Shown piece after piece: positions 37,097 through 49,557 of a stretch of DNA of 64,000 bases (positions within the stretch are counted from its first letter, which is position 1; each line of letters begins with the position of its first letter). This DNA is from Octopus vulgaris. Its lineage: Eukaryota. A program made the translations under genes and the position numbers. Location: positions 97,774,001 to 97,838,000 of the forward strand of contig OX597822.1 in assembly GCA_951406725.2 (NCBI GenBank). The letters are read 5' to 3'. The notes under the pieces were generated by a model that saw only the letters and a program-made list of their open reading frames with translations, did not search any database and was not told the origin of the DNA.

Positions 37097-37563
37097 CTAC
37101 CGCTTCATTCGGTAACAAGATATATTTCGCGAGCATCTTAAGTATTTTCGTTGCTGCTAACCATTTGTCAGCTTTACTTGAACAGATCTGTGGCACGAAG
37201 CTAACAAATCTTTGTGATGAATTTTACCGGAACTTAAAAAAGTAATGATGCTATCATTCTACAGGTTCAAATGTTCGTTTAAAGCAGAGTTGGTATTTTT
37301 TTTATTACTATTATACTTTTTGATGAGACGGGTGCAATTTACTGGAAAAGAGCGCAGAATTTTTCGGGGAAGGATGGATAAAATGTATAAAGGCTAAATT
37401 CTCTGGAAAGTCCCAGAATTTTGTTGAAACTTCTACAGTGAACAAATGGCGTGGTTATATAATTTCTACTCTCATTTCCTTTGCTTTAAAGTAGGTAACT
37501 TCTCATAGGATTCAGGAAGCAAGCAAAAAAGTTGCACCCTTTAATTAAACCGACTATATTTAA

Positions 37564-37790
37564 TTCTTTACTGCCCACAGGGGGCTAAACATAGAGGGGA
37601 CAAACAAGGACAGATAAAAGGTTTAAGTCGATTACATCGAACCAGTGCGTAACTGGTACTTAATTGACCCAGAAAGGATGAAAGGTAAAATCAACCTCGG
37701 TGGAATTTGAACTCAGAATGTGAAAACGCGTAAAATGCTGCTTAGCATTTTGCCCGGCGTGCTACCGATTCTGCTAACTCGCCGAACTTA
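37564..37790 (-). mobile_element. SINE family C (diverged)
   Basis: Matches the family consensus. Confidence 0.85.
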
Positions 37791-39241
37791 GTAGTAGTAG
37801 TAATTCTTTTATACGTTTCAGCCCTAAGGCCGTGGTTAATGAGGGTTTCAAATTTAGGGACAAAGCCAGCAATTTCGGGGGTGAGGGTAAATCGATTACA
37901 TCGACCCCAGTGCTCAACTAATACTTATTTTATTGACCCCTAAAGGATGAAAGCTGGTCAACCGTTTCAAAAAATTCCAATAATCTTTGGATTCAGTAAT
38001 TTCCCGGTTGGGGGTCATATTCGGTAAAGTGACATTTACCCAATCTTAATGATTATACAACTGGACCATCGTTACATATATTCTCTTAGTATACAAGTTT
38101 CTGAACCGACACTTTTCTTCAAACACAATGAAACAACGTTGGTTGATTCCAGTACTTTTTTACTTATATATACCAGGAGGCGAAAAAGAGATAGAGTTAA
38201 ATGGAAGATCTTGCCAACAGGTGAGAATAGCTGTTGGTTTTATAGCGATGTATTTATACTTTGTTAATTTCATTTAATAGAAGTTCAGAGTTACTTCAGT
38301 CAAAACTATTGAAGAGCCCTCAGCTTTTCCAAATACACGTATAATCCAATATATACATAGAGAGAGACGTAGCAAATATAAGTTTAATTTTAACACTGCA
38401 TGCACAGATAACTAACGTCTCCTATTGTCACTTTCTTGTAACATGGAAATAAAGTTATGGATACCTCAAGAAGATATGAACAGTAAAAGAAAATATAGAA
38501 AAATGTTACTTTAGATTATTCACAGCAGTGAGCCAAGATATCTCAGGTTACGGAGTTCAAATTTTATCGAAGCTATTTTATTTTATAGGAAAATATTGAT
38601 ACGTATTATACAACAAACAGCTAGAGGTTCGACCTCTGGTTAGCAAAATAAAAAGGACGGACTTTGAGATTAAGGAAAAATATAGAATCAAAAGGTAAAA
38701 GGATGGAATATAAAATCATTGCTATTAGTCTGAAATATCAGGCAATTTAAATAATTGTGATTCTGTCATGAACAAATTAAATTAGAAGCTGACTAATATG
38801 TAAAAGATATAGATTTTACAGATGACATAACTGTTAATAGTTCTTATAGTAATCTTAAGTGAAAGATGTCGATAGTATGAACACGAAAATTCTTGACAAG
38901 TTTGATTAAATAGATTTAAAAAGTAAAATTAAGATAAAGGATAAAATATACTGTAAAAAGTTATAAAGACATAGAAGCAGACAATTAAAATGCTCCATAT
39001 AGAAAATACTTCAAGTAGGAATTGATTTAATTCGGAAGTAAATGATTAAACAAAAAAAACTGTAGTTTCACTTAAACAAAAGCAAAGAAAATAAAATATT
39101 TCATTATTTAGAGTCCATAAATGTTTCACAGTCCAGCAGAGAAGGAAATGTTTTAATATGAATACATTGATGTTTAATTAGAGGTAAATTGAGGAAATCG
39201 CTTTTTATGAAAATACACATTGTATTGAGGGTTAATAATAG

Positions 39242-39694
39242 TCAGTTCTTTTGCAGCTTGCAGTAATGTGTTGGTGTTGAACATTGGTAAAGCTGGTTAA
39301 CACTGTTCTTCAATTCTGACGGTTTCCACGCTGAAGGAGAGTCAGTGAAATTATTCCTTACCATTACGATGTCTGGTGTACTCAAAGCTATTCGGGTATC
39401 CATCTCTGGAACTCGTTTCACATGCAAAGTTGAGGAATCGTAAGTGGGACTTGGTTGATGCCACTGAACAATAGAACAGTTTTCGAAGTTGATTTTGGGA
39501 AAATCTCCTGTCATAGTTTGCTCCTTTGAGAAATAAAAACCATTTAAAATATCTGGCAAGTCACACGAGTCTGTGATATTTTTAGAATGGAGTACAGATT
39601 TGAAATTAATCAATTTCGGCGAATTATTTTTCACACAAGTTTCTCGTGTTTTAGACCAGAGACGTTTGAAAAGACTCGAATGATCACAACCCAT
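39242..39694 (-). CDS. Candidate orphan protein, 150 aa, N-terminus MGCDHS
   Basis: Uninterrupted ORF in non-repetitive sequence, more GC-rich than its flanks, AAAATGG start context; no homologue recognised. Confidence 0.5.
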   Translation of the reverse strand: MGCDHSSLFKRLWSKTRETCVKNNSPKLINFKSVLHSKNITDSCDLPDILNGFYFSKEQTMTGDFPKINFENCSIVQWHQPSPTYDSSTLHVKRVPEMDTRIALSTPDIVMVRNNFTDSPSAWKPSELKNSVNQLYQCSTPTHYCKLQKN

Positions 39695-40928
39695 TTTGAA
39701 CTACATTAATTATCTCACTGCGACGCTATGACTGAGTCTTAAAGCTATTAATTATCGCATGATGTAAGGAGGTGAGGTGGTTGGGCAATTAAACCCTATT
39801 ATCAAACACTTCTGGAAGTATATGATTAAAAGGCGTTATGAAATATAAAGTTTTTATCAAGAACTTTGAAACAAACTTTTATTTGTATTGATTAAAAAAA
39901 AAAAAAAAGATGTGGAATGCAATTAACAACTGCCTGAAACCAATAACTTATAGTCAAGTCAATAATTCTAGATAAGATATAAAATGTTTAGAGACAAATT
40001 AAAATGACTGACAGAGTGTCTGTATTATAAATTAAATTACTGTAGATTAAAGACGCAATTCCTAACCCCCACCAGATTTCAACACGACACCAATTTCACA
40101 AAGATCACCAATGACCTGTGAAAAGGTATGGAAAGGACACACCACGTTTAGCTTCGTATAAAATATAAGGAGTTGTATTTTGACAAAAAAAAAAAAATGA
40201 AGAAAGGCATAAAGCTCTAATGCGGTTTGAGTTTCTTACATTCAGCTCTTACTCCAAGATTCTGGTGACGAATTGTTAAAGTCACAAATTTTGAAAGCTC
40301 AGATCTCAACGGTCATGTGTAAAAAAAAAAATCAAGAATCCTTATCTTGTGGCTTTTTCAATATATATATACTTGATGCTAACATAATTTTTTTGTATTA
40401 TAAAGCATTTGTATAATATATTTTCTTGTCCATATTCTTTGCTATAGCATTTTGATACAGTTTTGACTTGCTCACTCGACTTAGATAAAGTCGGAAATAT
40501 TAAATAGATTTCTTATACTCAATTATTTAAATATGGGTGTACTGCATTCCAGATCGTAAGATTGTGGTTTCGATTCTCAGACCCAGCAGTGCGTTGCATT
40601 TTTGAGCAAAAATACTTTATTTTACGTTACTTCGCAGTCACTTCGATCTCTGACACATGACGCACCATGCATCTTTACAGTCAATGTTGATATATGTGTG
40701 TGTGTGTGTGTCTCCCCAGTTTTGGTTTGTTTACGTCTTCACAACTTTAGCAGTTCGGCAAAAGAAACTTATAGACTCACTCAAAGACTTTAAATGAAAT
40801 GAGTGATGGTGGAGATTTATTCCAGTAAACCCTTCAACGTGATGCCCTGCAGGGCCGATGACTGAAACAAGTAAAATTATATAAACATGTTTGAGATAAT
40901 TTTTTTATTATCATTTTCTAGAATTTTA

Positions 40929-41346
40929 GGATCTTTTCGGTTTGAACGGCAGTTTTTCTAGCGGTGTCATATGAAATTGTCACCCATAATTATGACTCTA
41001 GTATCGATCTATTGCATTTCAATCTATTTTAGGGTTGGTTAGGGGTGGGCAAAGGGTATCTTTTTTTCTTCAGAAATGTAAATAAACACAATCTGTTTCT
41101 TAAACAAGGGACATATTCATACGGCACAGAATGTTTTCACCTCAATAGACGGTCATTGATTGATTGAAATTGCAGAAATTGAAGAAACAAAAAAAAACAA
41201 CAAATATCTTACAAACTATAGAATTTTCTCAATAAAGCCAAGAGAAAAAGATGTTTTATAAACACATTCTAGCAGTATACGAAGTTTAAAATTTTTTAGT
41301 TACCTAGAAATTATGTTAAAAACTGCTGTTCAAACCGAAAAGATCC
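40929..41346. mobile_element. MITE, about 420 bp, TIR GGATCTTTTCGGTTTGAACGGCAGTTTTT
   Basis: Same family as 50582, 59883 and 61951; TSD degraded. Confidence 0.9.
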
Positions 41347-42727
41347 AATATCAGTTTAATATACAACCAAAACAGAGTCATGCTTTTTAAAATATATATA
41401 TAACACATAAACAGAACCTGAAAGTATCGTAAAGGCTTGAAACTATTAGCAGCTCTTTCGGTAGTGTATTAATATATATATATGACCCACTTCTTTCAGT
41501 TTCCGTGTGCCAAAGCTATTCATTTGTCTAACATACCACGCAGACCGACTGAACGCACAGCCATGTGAGTGAGATGCAAACCTCTTACGACGTGGTGACG
41601 CCTGTATTTATCTGATATCTACCTCATTTGTATGGTGTTTAAGTCTGATTTATATTGCTCAAAGCTACAATAAGTTTTCACTTTATTTTTAGTGACAAAA
41701 TAGTATTTCTCAATATAGACACAGTTATCCTGTAGGTTTTCCCTGTAGAGTGCAGCAAAATGCAGATTGGACTGAATCCATAAATTTACACAATACCTTT
41801 GCTAAAAATATATATTCCTGTCAAACAGATTCATAAATCTGATTATTGAAATAGTATTCGTCTTTGCGATAGCATAGCTGTGTGATTGAAAACTTCACTC
41901 CATAACTAGGTGGTTTCGCGTTCAATCCTATAGTGAAGCGTCTGGGTAAGTGTTTCTTTTATAGCTTTAGGCTGACTAAGGCGCGCATGTATTGGGGTCT
42001 GATTGAAAAACGCTTCAAGATGGTACCCCAGCATGGCTGTAGTCTAACGACTAAAACAAGTAAAAGAACAAATGAATTTATCAGAAATTCTAAGGTTTCC
42101 TTCTCAACTAAGACTGGTGAGAAGAGTGAGATAGATAGAGAGAGCAAGAGAGAAAGGGTGGAAGAAACCTAAACTCCTAGGGTATCCTTAGATTGGAGAT
42201 CAGGTACAAATGTAACAATGTGGACTATGCTAAAGGCACTCAATAACCAGGAGGTGGTGTCAAGAATATTTCCTACAAACAGGTACAATCCAACAGGTTT
42301 CCGTACAGTTTCTACTAACTCAATTTCACTCAAAAGTGTAGGGTCTACTCGTGGGTATGGTAGATGGCATACGCCTAATATAGCCCACAGTGAAATCGAA
42401 TGTAGAACCAAATGATTGTGAAGCTTATTTCTTAATTCCGCTTGTTCTAAAACTGCGCCAATATATAACTATTGCACCAAATGTCCGGTACATTTAAATG
42501 ATCCCTTAATTAATCTATTTTATTTTCTGATGATCATCGAAGTTTGAAATGCCAAATGATTTAGCTACTGAAGGTTGCACGGCAATATTTACAATCGATT
42601 AATCTGAATTTTGATCTAATTAGCAAGATCACTAATCAGGTTGATTGATGAGAAGATTAATTGGACTCCGGATAGTCCTCCAAAGATATGAAATATACAA
42701 GATTAAATAGAAGTATATTTTAATTTT

Positions 42728-43100
42728 AGCTTTTACTTGTATCAGTCATTAAACTGCGGCCAAGCTGGAGCATCGCACTCAAGTGTTTAATCGAACAGAG
42801 TAACTCCAGTGATTATTCTTTGCAAAACCTTGTAATTATTCTGTCGATCTCTTTTGCTAAACCGCTAATTTACGGGGACGTCAATGACAGTTGTCAAGCA
42901 GGGATGGTGGACAATCACATCTCACACATAAAGACACACACAAACGCATATATTTACATGACGGGCTTCTTTCAGTTTCCTCCTCCCAAATCCTCTCTTA
43001 AGGCTTTGGTCGGGCCGGGGCTATAACAAAAAACACTTGCACAAAGCACCGGTCAGTGGGATTGAACCCAGGACCACGTGGCTAGGGACCACACAGCCAC
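42728..43100 (-). mobile_element. Old diverged SINE family A copy
   Basis: TTTTACTTG...CAGTCAT...AAGGCTTTGGTCGG...ACCACACAGCCAC. Confidence 0.75.
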
Positions 43101-43147
43101 AAGTAGTGTAAAATTGTTACTGGATCACTACTATATCTCATATATGA

Positions 43148-43530
43148 TGGAAGCACTCCGTAGGTTCCGACGACGAGGGTTCCGGTTGATCCGACCAACG
43201 GAACAGCCTGCTCGTGAAATTAACGTGTAAGTGGCTGAGCACTCCACAGACACGTGTAGCCTTAACGGAGTTCTCAGGGATATTCAGCGTGACACAGAGA
43301 GTGACAAGGCCGGCCCTTTGAAATACAGGTACAACAGAAACAGGAAGTAAGAGTGAGAGACAGTTGTGGTGAAAGAGTACAGCAGGGATCACCACCATCC
43401 CTGCCGGAGCCTCGTGGAGCTTTAGGTGTTTTCGCTCAATAAACACCCACAACGCCCGATCTGGGAATCGAAACCGCGATCCTACGACCGCGAGTCCGCT
43501 GCCCTAACCACTGGGCCATTGCGCTTCCAC
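43148..43530 (-). mobile_element. SINE family B
   Basis: Full copy; TSD ATCTCATATAT. Confidence 0.92.
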
Positions 43531-43942
43531 ATCTCATATATACCTACTTTGTCACACCCTGAAGCAGTGTAGATATCAGGTTTTATCTTGTCCGTTCCAC
43601 TCATCATTTAGAAAATATTACCACACCATATACAAAAAAGAAGAAATGTTGAATTACAGCTTCCACAGTTCAAATTTCTCCAGTATAAGCTTTTCTCGAA
43701 AGCAAAACTCAGGAACTTCAGTCCACTTCCCTATGTTTTGGAACGTAGATTTCCAGAAATTCCTGTAAGTTGATTTTGCTTTAGTCAGAGAAACCGCCTA
43801 ACCAACTTTTGTGCGCAGAAGCTCCCATTCTGAAACAGCCATCTGAATACATGTTGATTCTATAGAACTCCGCCACTGAAACTACTAAGCTTTAATAAAA
43901 CAATAGAAAAATATCTAGATTTTAACGAAAAATTTAGGAGCT

Positions 43943-43982
<40 letters not shown>

Positions 43983-44489
43983 TCGAATAGCGTATGTGTA
44001 TTAAAGCTACCATAGGTTTCATGTTAGAAAAAGTATTAATTAATCTTAATTTTTCAAGCCGATGACATGGAGGAATGGTGTTCATCTTCATTTTGGATGA
44101 GACATTTTGTGATTTCATCCAAAATGGAGACGAATATCATTTCTCCATATGATCGGCTTGAAAAATTGTTAAGATATTAAGATATTTTTCTTAAGATGAA
44201 ACCAATGATAACCTTAATGCACATACTGTTTTTTTCTTGCTTGAGTCATTGTAGTGTAGCCATGTTGGGACATCGCTTACAAGTACTGATGTCGATTAGT
44301 CGGACTAATCGATATCAGTACTTACTTTTAATCGTAGTACTTGTTCTTTCAGTCTCTATTACCCAACCGCTAAGTTGTGGGACATAAAAGAAAGCAACAC
44401 CGGCCGGTTGTCAAGAGGTGATGGGGACAAACGCATACGCAAAGACATATGCGCATGGATACCCCCATATATATATAACTACATGTAGG

Positions 44490-44860
44490 CAGTTTCCCCC
44501 CCCCCTCCGTCTTCCTTTTCTTTTGGACTTTCCTCTGTCTCCTGTTTCTGAAGAAGAGCTTTGCTCGAAACGTAAAGCACCCTTTCTTTCTTTCCTTCCC
44601 TGAGCGTCTTATTAATACTTTGCATGTACCACGCCCTCGCGTTGTTGCTTTTTTGTTGTCATTTTTCTCCGTTTTTTTTTATTAACTATGTATATAAATA
44701 TATACTTGAAATTTACAGAAAAACAATAGAAGACAGGTGTATGAACAACAAGCAGGTGTATAGTTTGATGCTCAGGAAAGTGAAAAAAGTCTTTTACATT
44801 TCGAGCTTGCTTTCTCCAACAGAGAGGAATAAGAGAAAACAAACAGAAAGAGAATAAAAA
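44490..44860. mobile_element. Two inverted, diverged copies of the hammerhead-bearing short repeat
   Basis: CTGAAGA-A-GAGC-TTT-GCTC-GAAAC-GTA at 44548-44574; inverted relative ATGCTCAGGAAAG...TTACATTTCGAGC at 44768-44806. Confidence 0.55.
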
Positions 44861-45219
44861 AAAAACTTGTGGATTTAACGGTCAAGCATATATTTGGTTT
44901 GCATGATTCTTTATGTGAATTCGCGTGTTGAAGCATATTTCATTGTGTTCGGAGAGTCATTCTCTTTTAGTGCCTTATTACTTAATTAACACTCACGCTG
45001 GTTCGATTTGCACTCATTTACTAAAGGCTGCAAGACGCAACGAAAATAACGAAATTTTTAGAAAAAATAAGTAAATGAATGGGAATCGAATCGGTGAGTG
45101 TGTTAAGTAATAAGGCACTAAAAGATACAATATATATATACATATGTATATATGTTCACGACGGAGTACTTTCAGTTTCTGCCTAAACCACTCACAAGAT
45201 TTTGGTCGTCTCGGGGCTA

Positions 45220-45264
<45 letters not shown>

Positions 45265-46025
45265 GGATATTTTCAAAGGACATCGAATTGCATTAATTGC
45301 TCACGACTTAATGCATGTCATTGCTCCACCTACAAGACTTCTAAGCCATTATCTGAAGGCAAGAAAGTAGCGAACTGGTAGAATAGTTAAAACGTTGCAA
45401 AGATCCTTTGTGGTATGTTTTTCCCGGATCTTTACGTTCTGCGTTCAACACTTGTGGAAGTTAACTTTTGCCTTTCAATCTCACGAAGTTGATAAAGTTC
45501 CACTCAAGTACTAGAGTCAATGGTATCGACTAAATCCTAATCCTTTTCTTCAAAATTATTGTCCTTGTCTCTATATGAGAAATTTCTATCTGATAATAAG
45601 AAACTCGATTTAGCAATTCATACAAGATTCGAAACAATTATCTATTGTTCCAAAACGCCTAGTCTACTTATTTCTGATAAAGGAATAATTTGTATAATAT
45701 TCTTGTGATTAATTGGACTGTTCTATTCATTGAAATGATTACTTGCATTTTGAAGAGAAATTTGTGAGATATCTGTTGAAACTCTTGAGATCTAAAATGG
45801 AATCCGTCTTAAAAAGGGATTTTCAAAATTGAGCTAGCTGAAATAAGAATAACATTTACAAAGAAATTTGATATTCAAATCAATATTCAAATATGTTCTC
45901 GAGAAAATATAGAATCAAATTTTAGGTAGTGAAGTTTATTGGAAATATTTTATGTACCTCGAAGGCAAAGTGATATTGATTTGAAAACGAAGCTGAAGTG
46001 AAACTGTGTTGAGATCCTTACAGTG

Positions 46026-46598
46026 ATGGGAAGTCTATTGAGTAGCTGTTTTCCCTACGTACGTTTTCCATTTTCTCCTACACTATTTTCCACTAAAGAA
46101 GGCAAAAATTGTTATTATGTCAGACAAGAAAATGAACTTCCGTTTTCAGTAAACTGCAATCGACATCTCGAGAATGAGACCGTACCTATAGCTGTCATCT
46201 CGACATCTCCAATTCTTTCACCCGCCTCACAGAATCGACGAAGATTTGAATCTGTAGAACGAAACCGGGAAAGAGAGAAAGCAAGTTCACCTCCCGAAGT
46301 CTTTTCGGAACTGACAGATGTGGGTATGTCAAATAAAGTCGGAAGAGCTTCAAATGCGAGAGAATCCTACGAAATGTTTTCCTGTAAAACCGTAAAACAA
46401 TCTTTCTTCGGGAATTGTACTTTGAGAATGTTGCTAAACTTTTTCTCTCCTGCCGAAAGGCGTCGCCAAATGCTGAAAGATGCCTTTGAACATTTCGATT
46501 GTGAACAAGCAATGTTTAAACCGAATAGGTTTCCACATATAAGCAAGTATTGTGAAGTCCTCTCGCCAATAATAGAAGAAACACCTGATATGTTATAG
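46026..46598 (+). CDS. Candidate orphan protein, 190 aa, N-terminus MGSLLSSC, C-terminal LSPIIEE
   Basis: Long ORF in unique sequence; ATG lies 2 nt after a possible splice acceptor (CCTTACAG); no homologue recognised. Confidence 0.55.
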   Translation: MGSLLSSCFPYVRFPFSPTLFSTKEGKNCYYVRQENELPFSVNCNRHLENETVPIAVISTSPILSPASQNRRRFESVERNREREKASSPPEVFSELTDVGMSNKVGRASNARESYEMFSCKTVKQSFFGNCTLRMLLNFFSPAERRRQMLKDAFEHFDCEQAMFKPNRFPHISKYCEVLSPIIEETPDML

Positions 46599-46928
46599 AA
46601 CATTGAGGTATTTAGACTTTTCCGATAAAAAATATTTAAAAATAACTATCAATGATCTAGTACACCTTTCCACTTATAATTTTTTTTGAGGTGTGTGTCT
46701 AAACCGAATAGGTTTCATCAGTTAAGCAGATGTTATGAAGCCCTCTTGCCAATAACAGAACACACACCTGATATGTTATAAAAAATTCTTTTCTCTCAAC
46801 CACAAATTTTAATATGAGAATTTTCAAAAATATACTTTTTATATAGTCTTGCATGTTGGTGACGAACATTGCAGTTATTTAGGAAAAGCTATAAAGAAGT
46901 TAAAAGCATTTAATGTTAGGTATTTTTA

Positions 46929-46980
46929 GCCAATGAATTTTAAACCTCACAACGGTAGTGGAAACTGTTGTCATGGCAAC
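46929..46980 (+). promoter_or_regulatory. CCAAT box plus RFX X-box-like site
   Basis: GCCAATG at 46929; GTTGTCATGGCAAC at 46967-46980 is one mismatch from the palindromic X-box GTTGCCATGGCAAC. Confidence 0.45.
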
Positions 46981-47901
46981 TCCGCTTCATTAATTAATTC
47001 TTTTGTAAAGAATTGGGATTGGTGCAATTACAAAAATTTCCTTTCCGCCGTAATTTTCCGAGATCGTAATACACTCGAAGAATTTCTATCTGAGAATAAG
47101 AAACTCGATTTAGCAATTCATACAAGATTCAGTTCTGCCGGGAGTTGGAATTCGAGAGGTACAGGGTTCGATTCTTTTTTGTAGAAGCGTGCTGGCCACT
47201 TTTCCCGTCTTCTAAGGGTATTTACTAGATTTTCTTACCTCTTTAAACAACCATTCTTGTGTTCAAGAAGTCCTTTATTTCCTGTAGAAATATATATATA
47301 AATAGTAAGGGATTACCTTTACTAATAATCTTAATGTTTATATATATTAATGCGTGTGTTCAGTTAAATGTACAACTAGTACTGTACGTTATTGGTATCC
47401 AGGCAACTTTCAATAGAGTTGTTAGTATGCTACTGTCCTTAGCGCTGTAACTAGTTTTGATATACAGAGCATATATAGTGGAAAATTAAGATAAAAACCA
47501 GTATTAATCGTTAGTTCTTCGGTACGTTTAACCATTGCATTTATTTGGAACTTAACATTTGATGTTCCGAGTGCATTTATATGCCTAACCGCAATAGATC
47601 CTCAGGAGACCTTGCATTGCTTACAGAGACCTTATATTGGGTGCGTGTATATATGTATATATATATATATATATAATTATCAATAATAATATAGGATGAA
47701 ATTAATTAATTTGGAATAATCATTAATTTCACCATGTAGATTTCAGCATGTAAAAGTCCCATTCAAGGAAGGTTTAAGTTATTAAGGGTTTAGCAACGAT
47801 TTGCTTCACCACTTTTAAGTAGAAAGAATAGCCATAACTCTTTGACTGCTATTTCTAAATTCGGTGTGTGGTGAAGCAAATTGTTGCTAAACCCTTAATT
47901 A

Positions 47902-47938
<37 letters not shown>

Positions 47939-48654
47939 GGCTGTTATTTCTAGCGGCAGGTTGAATCTGTCTCATCATTGTCTTTCAATTAAATCCCTTT
48001 CTATTTAAAAAAACAACTTCTGTTTTGGTTATTTTACTTTCATGAAAGTCTTTTTCTTTTTTCCTTTAAAGCCTTCTATTTTGAATGCCCCCCCATTAAA
48101 ATATTTTAAAACTCCTTTAATTTTCACCGTTCCCTTGTAAAAGTAAATGTTTATGAAATAAACGAAATTGTCTGCATTGTTAATGTTTGTTGCTATGGCA
48201 GCAATCAGTTTCGGCTTCTGCTTGTGATGACACTGGATTCATTTCTTGCCTAAAAATATATAATCTAAGTACTTCTATCTTGTTTGATTTACAAAAAAAA
48301 TCACCAAAAATTTAACAGAACAAATTTGTTATTCGTCAGCATGCCAGACTACATATGTATGGAAAATTTGAAAACCATCCATTGATAATTTGTCAAGTGG
48401 TCGGAAGAAAACGAAAAGGATTCCAAATGGAGACATTTACATAGACTTTCCAATAAATACTAAAACAATTATGAGCTTAATGTTATTCCTGTACACCTTT
48501 CCATTTGTAATTTTTTTTTAGGTATTTGTGTCCCCTAATATAAGATGAATTTTACTAAAATTTCATATACTATATTATTTGAACATTTGTTTCTAGAAAT
48601 GTCTTGACTGAAACAGTGGAAACTACAGATCAAACCACACACACACGCACAACG

Positions 48655-48855
48655 AAAGAGGTGCTGAAAAGTTGCGGGCTTTAAGGGGGTTGCGAAAGGC
48701 CTGGTTGGAGGCTCAAACTTTCGAGTTCTTTTACAGATTATTGGGAAAACTGCAATAAATGAGTGAATGTGAAAGGGAAATATGTTGAATAAAATCATTA
48801 ACTGATCCTCCTGTATTTTCTTTTACCCAAAGCCAGGAACTTTTCAGTAAACCCT
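48655..48855. mobile_element. Degraded short mariner-like MITE
   Basis: Inverted ends GTGCTGAAAAGTTGCGGGCTTT / AAAGCCAGGAACTTTTTCAGTAAA. Confidence 0.5.
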
Positions 48856-49557
48856 TTTTGTGTGTGTATATGTATGTATGTATCTAAAAAACCCCTGTTT
48901 CCTTCCCTGACAGTTACTGATGGAATTATATATTTTTGTAAGATTATTTCTTTCTCTGAGAATAATATAAATACAAAAATGATTTTAAATCTTATCTTAG
49001 TATGTACAGAAAGAAACGGTTGTGAGTTTGCTTAATAAATAGTATATTTATTTAATCGCGTCGAAAGATATTACAAGCGTTAACTCAATGTGAAAGATAA
49101 GGAATTTAAGCTTCAGAAGAGACCATTTTTAAAATGGAAAATAAGTTGGTGGATTTTAAGTCTCGTGTAATAAAATACATTAAGAAAAAAGGAATAAAGT
49201 TACGAAGAAACAGTCTGTATGCGAAGCGAGACGACTAAATTGTAATTATGCCACCCTTTCCAAGGAAAGTGGCATGGTTGGAACAATTATAAAAAGAGTG
49301 GCATTTAGAGAAAACGAACCAAAAAGCCCAATGTATATAGTCCAATGTTTAAAACTTTTAGTGGTATCACAAATAGGTTTTAGCAGTTATTTAATTGTGA
49401 AACTGAAACTCCTGTTTCGAATCTGCTTTTAAAATAAAAAAAAAACACCTAAAGCTCCACGAGGCTTAAAACTTTTAGTGGTATCACAAATAGGTTTTAG
49501 CAGTTATTTAATTGAAACTGAAACTCCTGTTTCGAATCTGCTTTTAAAATAAAAAAA

